Shown one piece after another: positions 36,822 to 49,600 of a DNA stretch of 64,000 nucleotides. Under the pieces are notes generated by a model that worked only from the letters and a program-made list of their open reading frames with translations, did no database searches and was not told the DNA's origin. The translations under genes and the position numbers were made by a program. How positions within the stretch are numbered: the stretch's first letter is position 1; each line of letters starts with the position of its first letter. Origin of the DNA: Sarea resinae (Eukaryota); the NCBI GenBank assembly GCA_026026165.1, contig JAPEUD010000008.1, positions 372,001 to 436,000 on the forward strand. Direction: 5' to 3'.

Positions 36822-37742
36822 CCCTTTCGACTTGATACCTGTACTTTCTCACAATTTTCTCATATCCTTCAACGCGACAAGGCCGGGTCGGAGGCACCTT
36901 GTCTGCCTTTCTTCCGTCGATGTTTCGAGAAGAAATTCGACAGTATGGCTGGCCATCTTTTTATATCAGTGTTGATAAAGCACTGTAAGCTGCCAAGGCC
37001 TCAGACAGTAGTCAGACAGGTCATTGAATCAATGAATTAACAAAACCTCATAATATCATTCCCACTACAACGACATCTGAACTCCTGCGTGCTACGAGCT
37101 CTAGACTCACAGTTTGAGTTATGTAGTAGAGGCAAGCAAGAGAATCACTTCCATCGAGACCCAAATTTCCCACATTGAATTCCAAATCCAACAGGTAGCA
37201 ACATCACCGGCCCCGTCCATGTCTTTTCGCCTTTCTAGCATCTGCCGAAAATAGGTAGCTGGAGGTAGAAGGGTTCTCTCTGATCGGGGGTCAGCCCTTG
37301 AGCTCGCTTACCTTCTTATGGAACTGAAACCCTACCAGGTGCTTCGTATACTTACCTTGGAATTGGGCTTTCCATCTGCAGCAGAGACGCCCGCTGGCTG
37401 TGAACGACACCGATGAACATTTATAAGTCCCGGCATGCTGCAGATCGCGAGGCGCCTTCTACCTCCTTCTTGCTTCATTTCGCTCCCTACGCAGTACATA
37501 CATAATTGTCGTATTGGGCATAAGCTTAATCTACCCGACTCCGAACCCAAGTCCATTCCTTAGCTCTTCGGATTCACAGAGCACTTCGGCCCTTGCATGG
37601 AATCGAGTTGACCCCTACTATTCATCTTCAAGACATGGCTTGACTCTAGACTTGTAAGGCGAGCTCTTCTCGCTCAATCAACTAAATCGCCGCTTTCCTT
37701 TTCATTCTCTTTCACTTTCTAGTTCCAATATAATAGATCAAT

Positions 37743-38438
37743 ATGCGCTTCTTCCACAGTTGGGTCTTCATAGTCTTGTGCGTCGAGTTCGCCGATTGTC
37801 GTGTGCCCCAGGAAACAGCAGTCTGGCCGACGGCACCTTCGCTATGGCATGCAAAACCATTCGTACAGCAAATCCTCAGATACGGCCAAGGATTGGCTCA
37901 GAAGAGTAGCATCTTCAGTCAGAGTTCCGCTTATCGACACGGCCACTTCAGAGATCCTCCTCCGTCACCCATCACGGTGGTCCTCGTGTTCCAATCTCGC
38001 GGTGAAACGGACCAGATGGTCAGGACGCACGAAGTGGAAATGCCACTGCGCAAGCACCTGAGCCCCTCTCGTAAGGCCCACGGCTCTAGCGTTCGAACTT
38101 GAACTTTGGATCTGCTTTGACGCTTTCTAGGCCAAGAAACCCCCTACATCCCATTTCGTCCACACAGCGCGCGCATCAAGACAGTCTATGCCACCGACCC
38201 TACCCTGGCCAATCTGAGCGATCTGGAGGATCATGTCGTATGTTACGTCTATCCAGTATGGACGGCGGAAGAGATCGAGATGCGAGGCGATCAAGGGGTC
38301 AATGCGAAAAGGCGGCGGACTCCATCAATGGGGTCGCCAATATGGTTTCAGAAACGTGATGGAGAGGTGGATTTCATCAATCCAAATGGTCGTTGGTTTC
38401 TTGAAGGAAGACAAATCGAAGGCTATCACTGCATATGA
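37743..38438 (+). CDS. Hypothetical secreted protein (~211 aa), 2 exons
   Basis: Signal-peptide-like MRFFHSWVFIVLCVEFADC. Intron 38071-38130 (GTAAGG...TAG) joins in phase to an open exon ending EGRQIEGYHCI*. Confidence 0.62.
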
Positions 38439-38768
38439 ATTTAGTCTTCTTCGGGCGTTTGGAATTTGGGGGGATCTTCCTGCAAAGTAGCATATTATGT
38501 TCTTGATATCCGATAAAGGGAAGTACGCTCAAAAAGTTGTCCGATAAGGGCTATCTGGCCTGTTAGCAGTACCGACAATATTTGCTGTATCAGTACCGAA
38601 TGGATCTGTTAGTATCCATGTCATATTATACATCACTATTTACACAGAGCGAAGCAGAACAAGCCGTTGACCGAGAGCATATATCCTTGGTATCTTCCAA
38701 AATGAAACGCCAAGCCATGCTATAGGATCCGAAGAGCTTGAAATCACAACCGTGCACACTCTTGCTGG

Positions 38769-39522
38769 TCAAACATTGGCGTTTGCTGGCTCTTTCATCC
38801 CAACCATCTCATAGTCACTTCCTCCGTCTCTTCCTCTACCTCTTCCTCTGCCGCGGCCGAAACCTAGGCCCGCTTCCTCTTCATTACCGTTATCGTTACC
38901 AACTTCTGTGGATGGACCCGCACCATTCCCAGCACTAGCTGCAGATGAGGTACCAAAATTGATGGGGCGGGTTTCACGCCATCTGCAGCTCCATATTCCG
39001 AGAAACGTCATCAGGGACGCGCTTGCGGCCTGGAGAGCCCACCAAAGCAGGTTCGTTGGAACAGCGTGCGAGTAGAGAGACACCACCACGAGGTGGACGA
39101 GGTGTAGAGTGAGAGCAAAGTCCATAACGAGTTTCGAGCGTGCGATAAGTAACAGAATAAATATGACGCTGTAACAAGCTTGCAGTCAGTATCGGGGGAG
39201 AAAGCCACGGTGAGGATCTGAATGTGATCATGCTTCCGAGACCAACATGGTCCATAGAAAGACTGCTTGCTTACCTTGTAAGACTCGTGAGCATCCACAC
39301 CAGCCCCAACATCCATCCCATAGTAGTGTCGCCTCTTAAGCTCCGCCAGCTCAGTATCAGGTCTAGCCCAAAGCTCCTGCCCGCCACCAGGGCCGTGAAA
39401 AGGATAAGGATCGTAGCAGAGACATAATAGGCTGTCTGGAGGATGATAATCTGCGTAAGGATCTTCAGCGGTGGTAGATCGGTGAGGGCGCCTGCTCGAC
39501 GGGGGCGACGGCGGCGAACCAT
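38769..39522 (-). CDS. SYS1: Golgi integral membrane protein Sys1, 2 exons
   Basis: RRRRPRRAGAL...PPLKILTQIIILQ, WRSLRGDTTMG, RSKLVMDFALTLH, WSCRWRETRPI. Confidence 0.9.
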
Positions 39523-40031
39523 CGGCCCGTTGAGAAGAAAAAGATGATGATAATTGTTATACGGCTATAGAATATGTAGCTATTGATGAGGAGATAATCA
39601 GGCGCTGATGATGCTATTAAGTCATGTTGTCCTTTGCCATGGTGTTCAAGCTTAGGCGTACGGATAACTCTCACAGAGGTCCAAGCTTGCTGCCTCGCCG
39701 TCATCACGTTTGATGCGCGTCGGGTAACACCACGGGTTGTTCCGAATACCATTGTACGGAGAGCGAAAGGTCCCAGCCATGTCGACTTTGTTGACTTACG
39801 TTTCGCCGCATCCTCCAAACCGAAGGTCAGACAATTCGATAACAATTTCAACCCTTGATCAGAAGATATCGGAGCATCCGTTCATATTTTTACTATTCTG
39901 GTATTGTTCTCACCGCCAAAGGCTTGATCAGTCAGTTGACGCAATGGTGGCAGCATCGGGTCGGGGATCAGCAACCAGCGAGGTTCTTTCACGTCATTCA
40001 CCGCCGGCTTCGAGCTAATCGGACATATAAA

Positions 40032-40480
40032 ATGGGGTGGTTTTCTTCAAGCTCCCCTTCAGTGTCGCCACCAGTCCCTAAGCCATCTTCTGACGGTGCT
40101 TTTGAGGCACCCGGTCGTAACGAAAGAGCGCATTGCTGGGAAGCCCGTGATGCTTTCTTCAAATGTCTGGATAGCAACAGCATCATAGACAGTATAAAGG
40201 ACCATGGCTTAGCAGGAGAAAGATGCGCGGAGGAAGGGAAAGCTTTCGAGAAGAACTGCGCCAGTAGTTGGGTATGTCTTAAAGCTTCTTAGTGAAGACT
40301 TGTGGCGCAAGCATTTGTCAGGCTAATACCAAATGCTCATCGCAGGTCCAATATTTTAAGAAACGAAGAGTCATGGAATACAACAAGAATCAGACGCTGG
40401 AAAAATTGAAGGCAGAAGGCGCGCGGCCACTGCCAGGCGGAGGCGGTGGTCCGGATAGCCTCCCGTCAAGGCCGCAATAG
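40032..40480 (+). CDS. COA6: Cytochrome c oxidase assembly factor Coa6, 2 exons
   Basis: RAHCWEARDAFFKCLD (CX9C), C-X10-C ending NCASSWV/QYFKKRR. Confidence 0.9.
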
Positions 40481-42311
40481 TACCTTAACCGCAGCGTGTA
40501 TAATAGTGTAAAATATTGGGTTCTAAAAATGATATTTGCACGAAGCGTCAGCCCTTTCACGCCATTGGATACCTTAGTCCTAGTCCAAGCAACTTGGCGG
40601 CGCTGTCCAGTTGCTCTGCCGATATATATCGTACGTACATTCCGCTATGGACGAGGAAGGCTTTGCACTGGTCTTGCCAACGATGGCGGCTGATACGTGT
40701 TCGAATTACGAAACAACCAGTACATAAGCAGCCCCACCTGTATTATGCATGGTACATATCACATTGCATCCAATCTCAAGGCGCGGCGATCTGGGCAGGG
40801 TGGCAGCAAAAGAAATATTAAATATCCGAGTCGAGGATCTCTCAGGACAATGACAGCTTCCCTTCAAGGCCTTACCATGATGCGGTCCAAGTTTTTGGTA
40901 CTTTACTTGGGCGACAAGGGGAAGGTTGGAAGGCATAAGAACAAGCATCACACCTAAGGGTAGGTGAGGTACCTTGGTCGGAAGCGTAAAACATCCAGGG
41001 CCCAGGAGGTAACAAAGTGAAATGTAATCGATCCATGCCCAGAAAGATCTTCGTCGCCAGAAGGGGATCCCGGGATGGCGGCGATACTGCACGATCGATT
41101 GGCGAGTCTGATCGCTAATCTACATCATACATGATGCACGATCTGCTGGTATGGAGCCAAATTGATCATCTCACATTGGATCCCTTACTGTAACCTGAAG
41201 TTGCAAGTATATCCCGCTGTCCACATTCGATGTCCAGAAAATACGAGAATCGGTGCCTGGATCGTGGTGATTCCTAGCCCTCCTATCCACTCAATCGATA
41301 GGCTTCCATCTTCCCTGTAAATGAAATTGATTTGTATTTCTTTACACTAATTGTTAGATCGACTTGGTGCTCGGCCCGCGGCCTGGCCCTCCGCGGCTTG
41401 CCTGGCGCCCCAGCCATGACCCGAGGCGAATTGGAACGGAACAGGAGGGTTTAGGGCGTGTGACATGAGCTGGCGCGGATCTGAATTGTGATATGTGTGA
41501 GCGCGCGATGGTATTGGTATTGAAGGAGCGCGACTGCCCCGTGGGCATTCCTGATCGAACCCACCCCCCAAACCCCCACGAGGATTGCTTGCACGCTTCA
41601 TACGTAGTCCTGGAAAGACGGATGACTGCATACCTTAAGGTACCTTACGCTTGGGGATTCGTCCCGCCGGATTCCTGCATAAGGTATGCGTAGGTACCTA
41701 CTATGGGGATCAAATGGGACTTCAAAGTTGGATCGTTTGCATACGCGTGCTCCTCCCGTCCCCGCTCGGGTCCAACCTTGTCTGACGCGTTGCATAAGAC
41801 CCAGTGGATTCGGCGACTTGATATGACAAAGCGAAAAGATGCGATATAAAAACATCTATGGAGACTATGAATAATGATGGGAATTACAGATCCACCACTA
41901 GAAAGGTTGTATTGGCGCTCGCTGTTTGCCATGCGGATAGTGGTCGGCGCTAATGCAGATGGGCGATCGATCTCGCCCCCGCTTCAAGCGCTGATAACCG
42001 AGAAGAGCAGGTGATAGATACTACCTCAGAGGCAAGGTAGTTACAATGTGGCTAAGACAAGGAAACCAATTTGAAAAAAGAAACTCCGAAGTAGGTAGGT
42101 GTATCAATCCCGCAAACCACACGCCGGCTCCTGCAATGATCGCTTGCCTGATGCATGCTGGACTCGAGACAAAGCCTAAAGAAGGTGTGCGGGGGATCGA
42201 CAGGCCCAACGCGATATGATGACACCAATCAAAAAGCAAAAGCAAGAAGACCACCATCACAAACAGCGATAGAAAATTTCGAACTTCGCCTTCCCCCGCA
42301 AACATTCATGG

Positions 42312-43248
42312 TTATCTGTATGCTGTCTTGAAGACGTTGGCAGGATCGAATTCCTGCTTGAAGACCTCGTAGTCGGTCAAATCATCCTTGCCGCTGCGAC
42401 CTTGACTTTGCTCAATGGCGAAGACCACGTTCGAGAAGGCTCCTTTGAATTCCTTCTCCGAGAACAAAACGACTCTCCACATGGCAGCAACCTCGGCAAC
42501 GGGGTTCCGGAAACCAGGTCCCACGCCAAATGCTCCAAGACAGATGTTGTCGTGATTCCAGGCTGCGGCAATTCGAAGAACGGTTCGCATTTTCTCCATC
42601 ATGAGGTCTTTCTCCTGCACAAATGAGTAGCGCGTGCCGGACTCGTCGAGTTTAGGTCGTCGCACTGGAGCCACTGAAATGACGGGTAGAGCTTTGAAAT
42701 CTCTCCACAACTGATATTGATCTGCGCCAGATCGAAATACCACTGTAATACTATTAGATGACTGTCTCATGAAAAGCGCTCCCTAGTCAAGACTTACCAA
42801 CAAATGGGGAGTATATACCGCCTTTCTGAGGGATGGGATAGTGCGAGCTGGCAGGGTATCCTCCCCATGGCGTAGTGAGTGCGTGGACAAGATTGCTCCT
42901 TCGGCAAAAGCATTCTTCAGGAGCCATAAGACCAGACTCCCAGTCCCCTCCTGCACGCTTTTCGTTGGCCATATTGACCACAGCAATACGCTGCACTGGC
43001 TCTGGCCCATCAGGGTTGCTGAGGTTGTAATCGTACCAGTCCAAGGCAACATCCACTGGATCGCCATCGATCACCGCTACTCGAAGCCGTCTCCCTTTGT
43101 TAGATTGGGGCGAGAGACTAGACGTAGAGGCGTCCGTATGGAGGTAAGATTTGACAGGGAATTCTGGCAGTTTCCGTTCAATGTACGGGATGTAAGTCTT
43201 TTTGGCTTCGGCAGCAATTTCTGATGGCTTGGGCTTCGAAGAGGGCAT
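42312..43248 (-). CDS. DUF2263/TIGR02452 microbial-type PARG-like macrodomain protein, 2 exons
   Basis: VVNMANEKRAGGDWESGLMAPEECFCRRSNL, GGIYSP/VVVFR, LGAFGVGPGFRNP, VVFAI. Confidence 0.8.
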
Positions 43249-44815
43249 TTTGAAATTGTGTTTATTCGCGTGAACGGGGAAAAGAAGATGCAAAAAATGC
43301 TGTGGCAGACGACCGATGGCACAACTTATATTAGGGGGACAGTAGAACTGGAGGTGATTCTCAAGGACGATCATTCCGCAAGGATACGACCGAGGATTTA
43401 TAGTCAGCCGTCAACAGGGTCGCTCGAGAAGTGAAGATTGATAACATCGTCACTAAAGACATCCTTCGGCAAAGTATCCTTCAGCATTGCTAGGAAGTAT
43501 GATTTGCAGATTGGCGGGGCGCAAGGCGGCCCGCGTTTCCGAGAAGAAGGGCTGGGCGCCTCTTCGCAACTTTTCATCCCATGTTTGACTTCCCAAGGAA
43601 TTGGTATTGGGAGCGTACCTGATCCGGCCTCCCTTACCGTCGGGAGACTTCTAGGATGGATCCCTGTGAACATGAATGGACTGGCTAGCATTGCCGTATA
43701 CAGAACAGCCGGCAGAGGGACGGGGGAAAGCTGATCGGCTACGAACAGGGTGTAGTCAGTAGGGAAGGAAGGCAGTAGAAGTGTAGCAGTCCGGTAGCGT
43801 CATGGCTTTCGAACTCATATGTGAGATCGCATGTTCGGATTTGGAGGGAATGATCCCCGTTGCGGAGTGGCCACTAAAAGCCGCCTCGTCAATCTGAGAT
43901 CTCTAGATCTGGTGACGAGTCCATGGGTCACTCCCATCGATATAGCAACTAGGCCCTGCCGATTCTAAACCCCTGGAACCCTCAAAGACATTCCTGGAAC
44001 TCTTGTCGAAGACCACGAAGGGGTCCCACGGCGCCGTGCCATGGTCCAGGGACAGAAGTGGCACAGAGATCGGTCTTGTCCGTTAATCTGGGGCACTTTC
44101 GTTTATTTGCGGCAACAACGTCTTATAAGGCTTCAGTAGGTACGAAAGCTTGCAGAGCTCTGTGCAACTGTCCACCAGCTTACTGGGTCACAATTCGGCG
44201 GGATCGGGGCGTCGTCATGATGCTTTGGGACACGGTAAGCCGAAGGTGTCCGTACCCCAACGCGGATCAGGGTTCGAGGCGGTTGTTCTGGAGCCTCGCG
44301 GGCCTCTCACTCCCCTTGGCCGTGCCAAGAAGAGGAGGCACCCACGGATTCGCAGAGGTCGAACCCGGTTCTGAGACTGCAGACGCCTCGCGGGAACAAT
44401 GCTCATGCACATGCATGCAATAGTGCGAATTGCGTCCGTGCAACGTACTCGGAGTACTGCGCAGTACTCAGTACATAGTAGATGATGAACAACCCCGATC
44501 CTTGATTGTCGCAGATGGATGAGTGGGCTATGGTGCTCTCTTCCAATCATGCGCGCGAGGAGGAGGAATAATGGGATACGGATACGTTCCGTTGCAATGT
44601 GGTTGGCCGAGACTCGACGCCTTTTACTCCGAGTACTATGTAGTCTCCAGGCCCAAGTCCCCAGGTGTGTTACCCGGAGAAGACTCGCTGACCACCTGCC
44701 ATCCCACCAAAAGGAACACCAAATCGCAAGGCGTGAACGCCATTCAAGATTAATAGCTCCGCTCTACCAGGGATCGATCAAGAAGGGACTTGATTTCGTC
44801 TGCGGACCTGTAGTC

Positions 44816-46618
44816 ATGGTATGGCGCTTTGCTCGTCGGCCATGCACTCAATTGAGTTCACCAGGTAGTATGCGGTCGTGGGCGAGTGGCCGGCATCACT
44901 CATCTTCACCACACCCAAATATCGCTGCCTTGCTAGCTTCTGCAAAGCCTGGAGCCACCGCGAATAACACTGTCACCGTCAATGCATTTGTACGTTCTGT
45001 GCGGAAGCAAAAGCGGGTGGCTTTTGTGGCCTTAGGAGATGGCTCAACCTTTGAGCCGTTGCAGGCTGTCTTGGACCCTTCACTGGCCCAAGGGTGGGTT
45101 ACCTCTATTCTCAATCATCGTATATTCAACGTCTATCATGCAAGACTAACGCAGGTCTCATCGAGGCAGTCTGTCTTCGGGGGTCGCTGTAAAGATCGAA
45201 GGGTCGTTTCAACCATCTCCTCCAGGGAAGCAGCAGTCTCATGAGCTTCATGCTCGAGGCGTCAGAATCGTTGGCGAAGCGGATGCAACTGTATGTATTG
45301 CATTATTGCTACCAATGTGTCTCATCTGATACCCACTCCAGGCTAATCACATTCATATACTGGCTAGACCTATCCGCTTCAAAAAAAATATCATACCCCA
45401 GAGTATCTACGGACAATTCCTCACCTGCGGTCACGTACCGCCTTCAATTCTCTGCTCTTACGATTGCGGTCTCACTCCATCGCCAATTTGACAAACTTCT
45501 TTGCAGAGCGAGCTTTTGTTCAGACTCATCCACCAATCATTACGTCATCTGACTGTGAAGGAGCTGGAGAAGTCTTCTCGATATCTGCTGATGCATCCCA
45601 AAACCCTGCATTGCGAAATGAGGAATGCACCGAACCAGAATCATTCTTCCGTGCTCCAAAGTACTTGACTGTCTCTTCACAACTCCACTTAGAAGCTTTG
45701 GCGCAATCCGTGGGAAACGTTTGGACGTTGTCGCCGACGTTCAGGGCCGAGAAGAGTGATACTGCACGACATTTGAGTGAATTTTACATGCTGGAGGCCG
45801 AGCTCAGCTTCATCGAGGACATGAGTCAGCTTACTGGGCTAGTAGAGGATATGCTTCGGAATCTAGCTCTAAGCTTACAGAACAGCAATATCGGCAAAGA
45901 ACTACTGGCTGCGAAGGCAGATAATGTTCACAAAGAAGAGGGCGAGACAGTTACCGGCGAAGATCTGCAGCGACGCTGGCAAGGCCTGGTAGATGGGCCT
46001 TGGCCTCGTATCACATACGCCCACGCCTTAAAACACCTTGAAGATGCGGTTAAGGAAGAAAGGGTTGCATTTAAATTTCCGCCCTCCTGGGACTCGGGTC
46101 TCCAAACCGAGCACGAGAGGTTTCTTGCAGCTGATGTTGGACAAGGGAGCCCTGTCTTCGTCACAAACTATCCTCAAATCATCAAGCCCTTCTACATGCT
46201 GCCTTCATCGCCAAGACCTATGACAGGAGATGGCGTCACTGCCGCCGAACAAACCGTGGCCTGCTTCGACCTCCTGATGCCAGATATCTGTGAAGTCGTA
46301 GGTGGCTCCATGCGTGAGCACCGCTTGCAACAACTGATGGAGTCCATGCGAACCCACGGCTTGATAAAGCCAAGGGTTGTCTCTGACTCAAATGGGCCTG
46401 CACAAAGTCTCACGCCCACGACAGGCGAAGCGGCCGATGAAACGGCCAGCGAAGAATTGGGTGATCTAAAGTGGTACATAGATCTACGAAGGTGGGGCAG
46501 CGTACCGCACGGTGGCTTCGGCCTTGGCTTCGACAGACTTTTGGGTTACCTCGCTGGCGTTTCGAATATTCGGGAAGTCGTGACTTTCCCTCGATGGGTT
46601 GGGAGATGTGACTGCTGA
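44816..46618 (+). CDS. SLM5: Mitochondrial asparaginyl-tRNA synthetase, 3 exons
   Basis: OB fold RSVRKQKRVAF, SSDCEGAGE, LTVSSQLHLE, FRAEKSDTARHLSEFYMLE, GGSMREHR, PHGGFGLGFDR. Confidence 0.95.
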
Positions 46619-49600
46619 ACTGAAACCTGCAGCACATCAAGGCATTCGATCGTGTGGTTACCCCTCACCGCCGTTGTCAAGACATGGCGTTTTCTGACTA
46701 GGTTGGAGCTCTTGGGTTATTAAATTCCTTGAAACATCTATCACACTGTATCATTTTGTATCATAAAACGTTCCAGAATCCAAAATATTGCCGATGGGCA
46801 GGCTCTCATAAAAAAAAGCGTCCATCTTTCGAGAAATTCCATGGCTGATATCATGATCCTGACTAGCGGTCCTGAGTAATCGAAGCCACAATCACAGCTA
46901 TCGTCGAACGAGGAGATCCGAAATTCATGTCATTTTCTTCAATCTAACAGCGTCTTGATAACAGCCTTCCCACCCTCACATGATCACTCTTACGCTATAC
47001 CTCAATGCTGGTTACAACCCAAGCACTCCATATATCCGAGTGAGGTCAACTATAGAAGAGGCGCAACGACGCGTTCGCGGGTTGGCCTAATCCACAGCTG
47101 AAGTCATGCATCCAGCTTCGAGAAGCAGCATTGCAAGATCTAATATCCTATCATACGTCATCGACTGTCTACCTGCTGGAACCGCTAGATCAAAGCTACC
47201 AAGAGATGGGAAACCATTGGCCCTTGCTCAAGTTCAGATGGGTAAGGTGGTATCTTTCATTTTGAAATAAAAAAGGCATCCTGGACTAAAGATTCATCGC
47301 CGACGTGAGTGTGAGCCGCTGCCTAGGCTTTCTGATGTCTGCCTGCCTATCTGGAAAGACGGAATTGGGTGTATTTGTGTGGATGGGAAATATCGGAGGC
47401 TAGGTCTGTCGAGATCACGTTGTATTAATAATTTGACGTGGTTTACCGCGACGATATTGGAAATGCATGACCGGATCGGCTTGTGAGATATTATGCTATT
47501 ATCGAATATCTTCCTTTGTCAACTGCTACCCTGGAATATTAAACCAAATTTTCTACCTTTTTTATTGAACATCGCAACGGAGGTGGGGTCTTCGGGCAAT
47601 CGGGAGATCGCGTGCTCGGATGCCATATACGTTATTCAATGATATTTGGACTTCGAGTTCTTGCAATTTTTCCGTCGAACATCTCGGATCCTCCAAACCA
47701 TCAGCGAACGTTTGCTAGCTTGTTTTTTTTAGCAACTATTTTGATTCAGCAAGGCAGGCACCATAGGTTGCCACAGGGACAGTGGTAATCGTTCTGTGAA
47801 CGCAGCTTCGCTCTGCTGCGTCTCATTGAAAAATTGCCGTTTGGGGATCGCGACGATGATGGCCGGCCCCCCGTCACCTTCAGTTCTCTCTCTTCTGTCA
47901 TATCCTCCTCATGAGATGCACAAGCTCCGACAGAAAGTCGTAATTAGAGAGAAATTTGTCAAAACTCGCGGCTCGTGATCATTTACGCCACCTGAAGTCG
48001 GCTGTGTTCCGTAGAGAGATAGGCAGGTAGTGGACGGGCAAGTCAGGACGATCAGGAGCAGGCGTACGGCGAGGGTCCGTTTTCGCTCGTCCTCTTCTTT
48101 GCCTCGATCAAGTCGCTTGATTCGTTGTTGACTAGCAGCATTCGTTGATTAGCTGCCTTCTAGATCAGTAGCTCTGTCCGTCCCGTTCTTTTGTGTCCGG
48201 CCGTCTGGAAGGCTGGAAGCTTTTAACAACCAATTTGTGCTGCGCTAGTGCGGAGAGTGGAGAGTATGGCAGCGTACGATACAGCATATAGCTATGCAAA
48301 CTAAGGGAAGAACACCGGATCTGTCGAGAACGAGATATTGGGATTCCAGATCTATGGCCCGTTGAGGAGGGGTAGAGAACTAGATGGAGAAATGATGTGG
48401 AAGCAATTGGCTAGAGAGGAAATGAGAGTGGTCAAATCTGGGGTAAGGTAAGGTTGTCTGTGAAATGAGACAATTACGATTCTCTTTTTTACTCCCGCTT
48501 TCTGTTGATGCTTCTCGTTCTCGTTCTTGTTCTTGTGCTCTTGTTCTCTTGTCTCTTACCTTCCATGCGCAGACAGCAGAAAGCGCGTGATGGCACGGCT
48601 TGTTGCGGAAGGTAGACCCAATACCACGGTACGGGGCTACTGGTTGTTTTTCCGACCTAGGAGTCAATGCTGAGGCACAGTAAGGTAGTTTCGGATGAGG
48701 GACGCAACCTCCAAGGAGCCGCCCGGAGAAGCAGAAAGTTCGAAAGGGCACACCTTCCTATTGTGGATTCCGTGCAACAGGAATGGTCTGCCTCGTCCTA
48801 CCTCTACGACCGCCACTGCGGTCAGTTGTGGCGCCGGCGGCGGCGTTGGGTACCTATTGTTCGTGACTTGAAGGATGGTCTACGGCTGCTCTAGATGCAT
48901 GTATGAGTGCGGCGATGGAGGACGAAGATAGCCTGCGTGGTGGTATTCGCGAAGCAACCTTCCTCAACTTCCCTAAGATACGATCTATTCGGTTGAAGTT
49001 CTTGGACAAGCCTCAGTCCCATCTATTACATCCCGAGTTGATCGATGTTGGAAGCTCTGCGACACGAGACGAGATAAACAGATTGGCAGTCAAACGAGGT
49101 GGGCTGCATAGCTGCCCCTGTCCGAACACTTCATCCATTCAAGGGCAATCACGTAAGTAACGAAAGTCAAATCAGAAATAGCAAAGCGCCCGTCTTCCCA
49201 CCACAGCCGAGGAGACGACGGGGCTGACTACCTCGCTACTCCGTAGATGAAAGTGGCCTGCCTGGCTGCCTCATTCCCCGCGTCGGGCTCAGAGTTGGTG
49301 GCGGTAGTGAGAGCAGCGGCAGCATCTTGACGGTAACAGCCATGGAGAGCAAGGAAAATGGCGGATGCAAAGCCGCCACCGAGCCCGCACTTGAGCCGGC
49401 CACCTGAAGAAACCAGAGAGTACCTCCTACCGTACTCTTTCGCACAAAGTACGTTACTAAGGTAAGTAATGCATCGAGCACCCGTCCGGAAGCCCGTAAG
49501 CCCGAAGTGTTCTCGGCTTACAAACCGTGCCTTTGGGCGATTGCGGCGCGTCTACCATCGAACAACGATGAATGCTGTAAGCCGGCTTTACCGTCGAAGG

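Noticed and set aside
37348..37360. ATACTTACCT as a U1 snRNA 5' end
   Set aside because: No U1 loops or Sm site follow; better explained as a minus-strand splice donor.
40706..41092. 128-aa minus-strand ORF downstream of COA6
   Set aside because: Non-ATG start, no recognisable motif and no convincing gene structure.
44340..44400. tRNA-like GGTTCGAC on the minus strand
   Set aside because: No cloverleaf, D-loop or acceptor stem could be built.
44612..44636. U5 loop-I-like CGCCTTTTACT in a short stem
   Set aside because: No Sm site or remaining U5 structure; overlaps the TACTC/GAGTA motif.
44519..44815. In-frame N-terminal extension of the AsnRS gene
   Set aside because: Runs through promoter-like sequence; the ATG at 44816 already gives a plausible mitochondrial presequence.
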